64,000 nt of DNA from a virus, in the IMG/VR virus record IMGVR_UViG_3300042448_002155, positions 1 to 64,000 of that record; one strand, 5' to 3'. The translations under genes and the position numbers were made by a program. The notes beneath the pieces are model-generated. The model saw only the letters and a list, made by a program, of their open reading frames with translations, had not been told where the DNA came from and did not search any database. Below are positions 37,984 to 49,200 of the stretch, piece by piece (the stretch's first letter is position 1; every line of letters starts with the position of its first letter).

Positions 37984-40218
37984 TTAATTATTATTTACTA
38001 AAATTGCGCCATCTAGCCATTGGGTGATATACGCAGCAGAATTCTTGTTTTGCGTACCAGAATCTTTGGCGTATACATCTTTAACCCATTGCTTCAGTGC
38101 TGCTCGAGTTCCTCCACCACTTTCATAAACCCTTACGGCGTCGTCAAATTTAACTGATCCTATCCATCCATAAGGCTTCTTGTAGTTATCGCCCCACGCT
38201 TGGAATTGATATCCGGTCTCTGGCGTCATTCCTAATTTTGTAAAACCATAGGATGGGGGACCTCCCATTCTCAAGGTATAAAACATGTATGCTTGATTTA
38301 ATGGTATCCAAACTCTATGGTCAACTAGTTCTCTTAATTTTTCAACAGTGGAATTGTATGTGCCTTGTGCTCGATAGTATTTATATTTTTCACTTAATTT
38401 TCTATTATAGGTATCTGCAGTAGGGGGTTGTTCTCCTGGAAAAACTGTGGTCCAGTTTTTGCTTGCCATTTGCCAACCCTGAAGCTGCTCTTTTCTTGAG
38501 CCTTCTGTTAATTCATAAAGTTTCCCACCATGTGCATTTGTTGACATATTGATCTGAAATATACCTAAAGACATGAAGTCACCGGTACTAGTATTAGGAT
38601 TACATGAAGTTGGACAGCCTCCACCACTTTCTCTGACGGTAATTGCCGTAAAAATTGCTGCGACTTCCTTTGAGCATACGGTCGTATGCAGTAGCTCGTA
38701 AACTGCGTCTTGTCCTATATTCTCTCCCCAACGACCATAATAATTTGTTGTAAGAATAGAACTAGGAGTAGTTGTTCTTGTATCGGGGAATGTGCCAATT
38801 CCCGGAATATAGATTGTTCCAGGGGGTGAAGCTGTTTCATTGGAATAATCATCATAAATTATTCCTGCTGCATTCATTTGTCCATCAGGGCCCGTATACT
38901 TTCCTGCGCGCATTCCACTAAAACTTAGGTGTATATGATTTGTGTGAGCGTTATCTCTGTTGTCGGCAAAGAAGTTTACATATTCTAACTCTGGTCGACT
39001 TATTTTAAATGCGCATGTGCTAGCGTCATCGTTACCACTTTGATCAATTCCATAACTGATGGCATAGTCCTGATGAACGCACATCAAATCAGGAAGTAAA
39101 TATCTAGGAACTTCCACTAATGCGTCCAGTAACATATACAATGCGTCATCGTATATTGTTCTGGAAACTCCACCACTTAGATTTATTGGATCTTTATTTA
39201 TTTTACCAACAGATGATATGTCTACAGCTCTTCCACTAGAGTGATCACTCATCCATAATTCGTTCTTTTCATTCAGATCCATTCCCCACTGTCTTCCGGA
39301 ATCAAAACTACCACTAATAACTATTCCCTGTCCGTGCAAATGCAGTAAAAGTTCTATGAGTGCCGGAGCTACATAAGCGTTAGCGTCGGTTGGATTTTGC
39401 AGAATAATATCTTTAGAGATAACTCTTTGTGAAAGATTTACTTTTGCATCTGGAAAAGATGTATCTTCACCATTGTATACCGTAACTCCTTCGCGAGCAA
39501 ACTCGTTAGGAATGTCAAATTTAAAACTTGTACTAAGAAAAGTGCTAGGATACTTGGAACGCAATAATGCTATTCTTCCTTGATACCACCCTTTTTCTTC
39601 TTCAGTCATCTGGGCAAAAAACGCTACATTTCTAAATCCTCCACTTTGCGTTTCAGCGGAGGCTGTTTTATCATTGGAAGACGACGTTGAGTCACTTCCT
39701 CCGTCTTTGCCGCTAAAATTTCCAACACTTATTTGCTGCAGATTTGCTACAGATCTACCTACGAAAGACCCACTGAAATTTTTTCCAGCCAATGAATTTG
39801 CTATAACCCTATTAATTGCATCTCCGCCTGTTAGCTTAACAGTTCCGGTTTCCGCGTTTGATGCAGCGGTTATTTCATCTTCTCCTTGACTTTCTGGATT
39901 ATTAACTGTCAAGTAATCTGGATTTTCTACAGTCCCTGCTGTGGCTATTGATCCACTTCCCGTAATTAAAGTATTTAAAGATGAAGATACACCTCTGGAC
40001 ATTGCTGCAATTGCATACTTTGGGCTCCTAAAAAATGCATCACCGTTAACTACATCGGACAAAGTTCTGGCACTTAAGGTTTGGCCGACCATCGGTCGAC
40101 TTATTGATGCGCTAGTATTTTTGACTGGAGTTTTTCCACCAGGGAAGAAGTCTGCGTGAAGTGAGGTGGCAAACGACGCAGAATCAGATAGAGCTGCATT
40201 ATTAAAACTAAAAGACAT
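37984..40218 (-). CDS. Tail-associated lysin: M15-like Zn peptidase plus lytic transglycosylase
   Basis: SDHSSGRAVDI (Hx6D) and HTNHIH, then AITVRESGG...LGIFQIN...FQAW. Confidence 0.75.
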   Translation of the reverse strand: MSFSFNNAALSDSASFATSLHADFFPGGKTPVKNTSASISRPMVGQTLSARTLSDVVNGDAFFRSPKYAIAAMSRGVSSSLNTLITGSGSIATAGTVENPDYLTVNNPESQGEDEITAASNAETGTVKLTGGDAINRVIANSLAGKNFSGSFVGRSVANLQQISVGNFSGKDGGSDSTSSSNDKTASAETQSGGFRNVAFFAQMTEEEKGWYQGRIALLRSKYPSTFLSTSFKFDIPNEFAREGVTVYNGEDTSFPDAKVNLSQRVISKDIILQNPTDANAYVAPALIELLLHLHGQGIVISGSFDSGRQWGMDLNEKNELWMSDHSSGRAVDISSVGKINKDPINLSGGVSRTIYDDALYMLLDALVEVPRYLLPDLMCVHQDYAISYGIDQSGNDDASTCAFKISRPELEYVNFFADNRDNAHTNHIHLSFSGMRAGKYTGPDGQMNAAGIIYDDYSNETASPPGTIYIPGIGTFPDTRTTTPSSILTTNYYGRWGENIGQDAVYELLHTTVCSKEVAAIFTAITVRESGGGCPTSCNPNTSTGDFMSLGIFQINMSTNAHGGKLYELTEGSRKEQLQGWQMASKNWTTVFPGEQPPTADTYNRKLSEKYKYYRAQGTYNSTVEKLRELVDHRVWIPLNQAYMFYTLRMGGPPSYGFTKLGMTPETGYQFQAWGDNYKKPYGWIGSVKFDDAVRVYESGGGTRAALKQWVKDVYAKDSGTQNKNSAAYITQWLDGAILVNNN

Positions 40219-40227
40219 TTATTACTC

Positions 40228-43200
40228 CTAAGTTCCGGGATTCAATGTAACTTGTTTTGGAATTAGTGCAGATTCTTCTGCGCTAATAACGGACTGTGAT
40301 TCGACTAAGAGCTGCTTTGTGTATACTGTAGCTAGATTATTGGCTACCAGTTCCCAGTTCAAGCTAACTGGATGGCCATCCTCATAGTACTCGTCCCAAA
40401 ATATAGTAGGCCATTCATCTACTTTATTGTAAGTAGCTTCTAAGACCTTGAAGCAGACTAGGTCATTATAGAATCTATTAAATTCTTGTTCCGGAATTCC
40501 ATAATCATCTAATGCGCTAATTGACAGACTTAATGGTGGAGCATACTGAATATCTAAAGATTTAATTTTATCAAAAATATTACTTCTTTTTATAAAAATT
40601 GGAGACTCTTTATAGATTGAACCCAATCCTGGAAAATCTTTACCAAAGAACTCTTTAGTAACGGGGTTGTCTATGTCTGTTGTAACTATTGTTTTTCCTC
40701 GATTTAACATAAAGCACTGGTTGACAAAGTCTTTTATTTGATTGATCATTGATTCTGGCTGGTAGTACCAAACAGTTCCCAGGATTCGATCGAAAACGTC
40801 TTTTGTATAATTTTCTAATCTATTCTCAGTAGCGCCTGGTTCAAATTGAGCTTCAAATATAACGTTTGTATCTGCTTTGTTTGTAACTTTTATTCTTAAG
40901 ACGAATACTCTATTTTTTAGCTTTGCTTCCGTATACAACATAGCTCTACCTCCAGGAGTGGAAATAGGTGTTATAGTTGTTCCATCGGCACCTGGCTCAT
41001 CTGGAATAGACCCAACTTTCATAGGGCTGGTTTCCCCAGTATTTATTCCATCAAATCTAACAGTAAATGTAGCACCAGATATGACATCCTCAACATCAAA
41101 CGTGTCACCGTCGTTAAACTTAGTAACTGTTGCTATCACCTTAAATAAAGATGTTTGCAGATTTGCTTTTTCTGGACCTAATCCAGAAAGGCTAAGTACG
41201 CGAGCGTGCGTTAGGGCGTTTTCGTAATCGGTATATCTTACTAGATCTTTTATTTCTGTTTCTTGCCAGCCAAGACTCTTTAGTAAGTCATCACTTCTTA
41301 TGAAGGTATTTCCATCGGCAGTTTTGACTTTTGTTCTTGCGCCTAATATTCCTGGCAATAAAGCTTTTGTATGATACCTACCCACTACCATTCCTTGATT
41401 ATACGATAGGCCGGCGTCCATTGGTTGACCATTCTTATTAAGATACTGAACATAGCAGCCATGCTGATCGAGTACATTGTCCCTTAACCATGTCCAACCC
41501 CTCCAGGCTAACTGGCCAACGATTGGAACTGCTCTTGCTACGCTTGCACCCACAACTTGCATAATAGTATCTGCCCCTGAAGCCTTACCCTGCCCCTTGC
41601 TTTCTATTTCTTGTAGTGCTTTATCTGGGAGACTTAGAGCAGTTTGATTTGCCATAATGTCTTTCATCAATGCGGAAGATCCGTGAGTATACTGGACTCC
41701 ACCAATCATTTGAGTGCTCAGTGAATCTGCTAGCGCATCTATGGAAATGTTTCCACCCATATTTATTCCAGTGTTTGATGCCATGATATTATCCATGTAG
41801 AATCTAGTGTCATTCCTCATGTTTTGCATGCTGAGCCATGAGTGCAGCCATGATGACATGAACCATCTGGATGGATCATTTACAGTAACTAAAGCGTTGG
41901 GTGTGACAGTAGTAATGTATCCCATCTCTGAAGTGAAGTGATGCACTACTTGTTCTACTTCAAATATTCCATACATTCTATTATAGACATCAGATAGATA
42001 TACTAAGTCGTGAGGCCTAATGTCTGGATTGCCGATCAGCGTGAGTTCCCCACCATAAATATCTTTAATTGATTCCTTCAAATGAGATAGTGCTACTCTT
42101 CTTGCGGAGAGTTCGTCTGGTGTGCCCTGTAATGTTTTTGCATATCCCCTAAATGATTCTAGCGGGTGCATAAATGGGTGCAGCACTCCGAGGAAACCTG
42201 AGCCAACCATATTATCATAATATAACCCAGTCTCTACTGTAGTTTCTGTTTGGCGCTCGGATGGCGCACCCTTATCTAATGCCACGGTGACTGGATTTTT
42301 TCCATCTGACACTGCGGTGATAACAGTAGAAACATTATTTAAATTCTCTTGAATTTGATTAGATATAATATGAGAGAAGGAACTTAGGTAATGTATTCTC
42401 TGAAATGGCTGACGAATTTCAATTACCGGTTCTCCATATTCTCTAGTGAAAGGATTGTCAACAGCTCTCAATAAGGTACCCGGCCTGCCAAGGGAATAAT
42501 AAATTGAATCATTCAATACTTTATTGAGGATATGAGCTTGTTTACTAAAGTTTCCAACTTCAGAAAGTGCATATCCCATTTGCATCATACTTAGCTTGAA
42601 CATACCCAAGAGTGAGCTCAGACCATCCCCAATAGCCCCAAGTATCGGACCTATATTCTCGCTATAAAAATCTCCTATATCTTCATCTAATCCACCGATA
42701 AATGTTGAAGAATTACTTCCTTCTCCTTTTGTGCTAACTAATAATTTTAAGAATTTATCATTATTTTTAGCGTACTGGCTATAGGGACTGATGAATGCTT
42801 CGAAAACTTTATCTACCGGCTTGAAAGACCATTGCCCATCTTCTCCGCCTCCACCTGGGGTAATAAATCCACGCTTTCTATCCGGTCTGAGGACTAACCA
42901 AGCCCTACCGTAACCTGTACTCCAAAGCTTTTGTCTAAATAATCCAACCATTAATAGGAAGAGCTGCTTAGGCGTATTGATCACTTCAGCTAGCTTTATA
43001 GCTGCTGCTGGATCATCTTTATTTTCAATTGAAATTGAAAGCGCGTTATTAATTACCTGTGATTCAAAAAAGTTTGATCGAATTCCATCTAGAGATCTAG
43101 TGATGACACTATTAAAGTACTGTATTATTCCAGCGTCTCCGCGTATTCCCTTACTTTCGTAATCTATATAGTTTTTTCTAATAAATTCTACAGCTTCTAT

Positions 43201-46200
43201 TCTAGATGAGGCACCATTGAGGCCGACACCAGATCCCAAGTCAGTCGTAGTGTCTGGCGCGTTAAAAAAGTCAGAACCTAAAAGAATAGCCAATTCATCT
43301 ACTCCTGTGGCGTCTGATCTTCCAACTGTAGAAAGCCCAGGAATGCTGACAATAGATTCTGAGAATTTTTTGAATGGAGTAGTATTAGTTCCTCCTAATA
43401 TTTTTCTAAACTCTTCAGGAAAAGGATCGGTTGAATCAGCGTCCATGCCATAATGTCTAGTGAATATAGCTTTAACGCTATCGTATGTGTGATAGCCAAA
43501 TCTAAATTGGTCCCAGATATCGGAAGCTTGACTAAGGGTTCTTCCATTTCCGGCAATCACTGAAACATTGGGGTCATAATTTTCATCATAGAAAGATCTA
43601 GCTTCTACTGATGTGCTATCCAATACGGAATAAACTGGAGCAAAGCCTACTCGTCCACTGCCAGTTTCTTCATCTCCTGTTGTATAAAGCTCAGCGTCTA
43701 GGCGGTCCCATAGTTTACCTTTATCTAGGGCATCATAATCTAAATCTACAATTGCTTGAAAGTAGCTTGGATCATCTCCGCTTTGAAGAATGTTTCCACC
43801 GTATGCATAGTTATATGCAGTGACTTCGGAATTTGTTGCAGAGTATTCCTCTAGTGAGCTATTTTTATCGCCATCAAGCTTAAAGTAATCTCCTACGCTA
43901 GGCTGACCAAAATCTCCAGGACCAATTATTTTTGGTGAGGCGGTAAACTTATTAGCATCTCCGTTGTCGTCTATAGCGAAATTACCAAAACCAATAATAT
44001 AAGAATTTTTATCTGCGTCATTAAAAAATCTTTTTACTGGTGCTGCGCCGGACGAGACAACTCCCAATGGAGTATCGTCAGGGACAAACCCAAAAAAACA
44101 ATCAACGTCTCGAGGGAAAGTGCTTAGTCCTGTTTCGCCTTCTATTTTTTTTAGGATAGAATTTTCAAGGCCTACTCCATCATGCAGCGAGAGATTTGCC
44201 CACGCTGGCAAGGACTCCGCTAACTGGCTGCCATCTATAGTTATTTTGTCGTCTACTGTAGAAACAAAAGTGCCTAAATACCACGCAGCATCGGGGGACA
44301 CAACTGCCTCAACGTCATCGTCACCTTCTCCCCATAGGAAATAAGCTGGAGCACAAACGACTGCCCTTCCTGTTAAGGGGCTGAATACAAGTACTTTTCT
44401 TTTCTTATAATCTGCGGCGCTACCGTATAGATCTTCGAATCCATATACTTCTTTAAATCTTTCCAAAGAGGCGTCTACTGCATCGGGCTTGTATGGCCAT
44501 CTCATTGCTATGTAAAATTGCTCTTCTTCTGCGGTGGCAGGAGATCCCCACTCCTGGTAGGATATGGGCTGACTTAACTCATACTCAAAACTAAAATCAT
44601 CTTTATTTTCTTCAGTCGAAGCTTTTGCACTATTAACTAGCACAAATTCCTTGGGTCTACCTTGTGACTCGACCGATGGCAACGGCATTCTGCTGTATGT
44701 CGTTTGACCTAGACCAATTAAATCAGAGACGCTTGAATCAACTGCTGCCATAAAACTAGCAAAACCCAATGGTCTATCTAGCTCTAAGATGCCGGAACTA
44801 GGCTTTATGGTAATTCCTGTTTCATTTAAAAATTCTGCTTCCAATTGAAGAAAGTATATAAGATTAGCAGAAAGTGCAGCTCCGCCTATTGAAAAAGATT
44901 TTGAGTTAGCTTCGCTAATTCGTTCCTGTAGATTTTGTTTGCTAGACATATTTGACAATTGTGCTTCATTACTTTCACCATCTTCAAATGAGTCTACTAC
45001 TTTAGCGGCAGCGCTGACGGGGTTGAACCAGCCGAGAAAATTACCTCCAACACTATCAACAACTCTAGATAGTGTTGATGCCTGATTGCCACTAATGTCA
45101 TCTACGTAATTGCCGAATAATCCACCATCTCTAACTTCGTAAGACTTTTTGTCAAGAACTGTAGCTTCTGATATTGTATAGTACGGGTATTTAAATCTTG
45201 GGGGAATATTATCTAATTGCCTATGGTCCACACTTAGGCTTGCATAGGTCTTCTCTCCGTCAATTGGTAGGTGGAAGCCCATCTTAACCCTACCAATACT
45301 GGCAGGTAGTTGAGATAAAACAATATCATTTCCATCACTATCTTTACTAACTCTTTTCGTAGCTAACTGTGAATTAAAGTTTAGTAATTTTCCTGTTAGC
45401 CTTTCTGTGGGAGCGTATATTCCAGTGGAAGAAGCTTGATCTTTTGCAAGCGCAGCCATAACATCGCTAAGCTCTGAAGACCTTTTGAAAGCTTCATAAT
45501 CAGCCATTGAGTTTGACTGCCTATTGATATTATTCATAATCGTTTGAATATCTTCATCAGGACTTCTATGCTTTGGATAGCCCGGAAGGTCTAATTCATT
45601 AGCTTTCTTCACACTTGGGAAGCCCGTAGTGACTGGCACTACGCCAGAGGTATATAACCAATGCGGCTTTCCATAAAAAATGGTAGACCTATCTTCAAAA
45701 GGCCTAACTGCTACTATATAATTTGGTAACAGCCTTGCACATATCTGGAAAAGGTCCCATACAGTTCTCATATATGTTTGTGCGCGGAATGACACTTCAT
45801 CGAATCCACTTAAGTCATCATCGGCATTGGGTGCAATGATTCCCATTGTCCTAAATACGTTAGTGCCACCCCTTCCTCTCAGTAGACCACCTAGGGCTGC
45901 GCCTCCCGTCAGTCCTGCGACAACATTGACTCCTGGTATGGCAGCAATTCCGGCTGCGAATCCGCCCAGTAGAGCATTTTTTACGGCTCCCGCTCTCCCT
46001 TCTGCTGAAACTAACTTGTTATCTTCAACGACGGAATCTATGGTATTACTGGAAGATACTGAACCATTTTGAGCCTCTGCAATTAATCTATTCCATGATC
46101 TATCTGTGCCAGCTTCTAAATATCTTTGACCAGCTAAAGTTTTAGTATCGCTTTCCACTAGGGATGTCGCTGTTGACCAACCGTCATCTAAATCTCCGCC

Positions 46201-49200
46201 TAAGAATTGTGCAAATCCCGTTCCATTTCCAGGATAAATATTTCTTTTATATAATTCAAGATCTACCTCTGCGCAAAAGTTGGACATTAGTTGTCCCATA
46301 CTTGTCATTATGGTGCCGTCTCCAAAAAATGTACTGACGGGATTTCTTTGGAATATATTTGTTGATAATTTAAATGTTGCTGCATTAGCTGCTCCGCCCA
46401 AATCGCCTTGTCCCGCATTGGAGTAGGCATTGGAAACAACATTTCTCAGTCCATCGGCTCTTTGTTTTTCAACTTCGTTAATTGGTTCATATAGCATTGT
46501 GCCGAAGTGTCTAATTCCAAAACGATTTTCGGAAAATATAGTTCCATTTGTCGCTCTAGCTAAAGCCTCTCTTGTTCTGGATGCGCCCATACTCAAAAGT
46601 CTAACCATTAAATCTCTTGGTTCAGAAAGATACATTCCAGTATCTACTCCACCATCAATTTTTCCAGAGTCACCTTTTTTATTTGTTGAGTTAACAACAG
46701 CGCCAAGTTCAATTGCGTCAGATTGGGCAGTAACAGTAACTATCTCTCCCTCTTCAACGTTGGTTATGACTCCGTTAAACAAAGTTTGCAAGGAATTTGG
46801 ATTTGATCCATAGCCTCCCCTGAGGTGAACTCTAACTCCTGGCTTTAATCTTATATTATTAATATCAACTACGTAGTCATTTCTCATTCCTGAGACAATA
46901 TTTTTAGCTATATTTAAAGTTCGGTCCAAGATAGCACTAATTCCGTCTATAGAGTTCAAGGGATCGCTATTAAAATCGTCATTTCGCGCATTAAATATAT
47001 CTGTAGATGGGCGTGTTGTTAGCTTTGAGTACATATTCGAAACTCTTAGTATTAGCGTATCTCCTAGTAAATCTTCAGATGATACAACTGAAAAATCTAT
47101 AACAGATTGAAGACCATAGAAATTATCAAACAGTTTGACTCCTGCGAACATTCCCCCTTCGTCTATTAGCCATAGCATGTAGGTCGGAAATGCTCTAAGC
47201 ATGCGCCCTGATATATCCCTGTACTGAACATCATTTAACATCTTTTCCATATGATTATTAAATGAGCCGTCGTAAGCTTTTTGATATTCGGACAATGGCT
47301 GAGCTCCACTAATTCCAGTCAAAGATTTATCACAACCAACGTCTGGAGTTTGCATGTCTTTCGTGTAATTGCTTTCAATTTTTTTTGCGCCATCAGATTC
47401 AATTGTAACATTAGTTCCATCTGCAGTAAGATAAAATCTTCCATTATCTTTATTTATATATCCGAAATGGGACCCCAAAGCGGTATACATAATTGCAGGT
47501 AGCTCGCTAGGATCATCTACCTCTGGATTGCCCAGTGGCATCAAATATATCATTTTATGAAATTCAACTTCGTCTGGATCAAAACTGACAAATTCCTCTT
47601 CGGCCAGTTTGCTGGTCGCTAATATAGTTTTGATCATATTTTCTGTTTCCCCGTTTGTCACTCCCACATTTCCTATGAGAAATGGTGATCCATTAATTTC
47701 TTCGAAAAGTGGGTCCCCTTCAGAGGATTGCGAAGCTAAAAATATAAAATCAGTTAATAAAGTATTTTTTGAAACGTCAGCGTTTGCTTCGTTGATTACT
47801 TCTTGAAAGATAGAAACAAAATTATGTGGACTAATTCCAGATTGATTTACGTAGTCTATTATTTCGTTAATTAAATCTTCATTGGTCTGTACCCTTGCAT
47901 CTACTGCAGCTGCGTTAGCTACGTTAGTTGTTGAATATCTTCTAAGAAAATTTCTAATTGTATATTTTACAGATTCTTTTTTTTGTGCTATTTCATTATC
48001 TGATCCCTGGAAGAAACCATCAGAGCTATCAAAAGTGAAATTTTTAGTTAAATCTATCTGAGTAGTGGTATTATTTATGATATCGCGATCAAACATTTCA
48101 AAACTTCTAAAATAGAAATCTGGATCTAGATTGCCAACAATATCTCCTTCCTTATTTTTGACGCCCAATGGAAGGTCTGGATAGGCATTGAATGATCCCC
48201 ATAGCTGCTTGATTCTTAGGAAGGGGTTTCTCTTTGTGCCAAAATGCTCAATTAATTCTGTCTGTTGCTTTGAGGATATTTTTTCTCTTTGTTGTTGGAA
48301 TATGTCAAAGTCTACCAAGCTCAACTGCACTGCATAAACGTGAGGAAAGTTAGGTATGGTGTCAACCTTATAGTTAAGGGGAAGAACATATTTAATTCCG
48401 CATAAAGCTGTTATGATATTTTTTATTCCCAAAAATCCTATAACACCAGTAGAATGCTCAAGCCTAGCTAACGCATTAGTGTGATCAAATACTGATCTAA
48501 TTTTTAATAATTCTTTTTCGCCAAAAACAGTCATCGATACATTAATATAGCTGTCTTTTCCTCCAATGTACTGATAACTTGGTTCGTCTTGCATTTGGAT
48601 CTGTAGCTTTGCTAGATTATTCCCCATTGATATACTAACGCCATTTACTATGGCGGTCTTTGGGTCAAGATCTACTCGATTCATTGGAACTTCCCACTCA
48701 TTGAAGTGGTAGTCTCCATCTTTTAATCTTGTTGCTTCCATCATATTTTTGATGAAGCCGTCAGTAAAAAATCTTTCATACATATTGACTTGAAAGGCTT
48801 CAGTAACTTGCTGTGCAATTTTTGCTCTATCTGGCTCTACTCCAGCGCTTTTAGTCTGTCTGACAAATTCCTCATCAATAAGTTTTTCTAAAATAGTTCC
48901 AGACGAACTAGCTTTAAGGTGAAGGTCTTTTTTGATATTGTTCAAACTGCCCTGAACTAATACTCCATTTATAAAGTATGACTCTGCCGTACTTTCATAC
49001 TGTGTAAAATAACCATTTACCCCGCGAAGCTCTATCTTTTCTTGATAATCTAAGAACCACCTTTTTTGTTCATTATCTAATCTTGTATCGTTATTGGATA
49101 TAAAGGATTGCGCTAGGTAAAGGTAAACTTTTTTATATTCATCAGTAGTCGAGATGCCAGCTGTCAGAATATCAATTGCTTGTCTAACCATATTCTTAAC

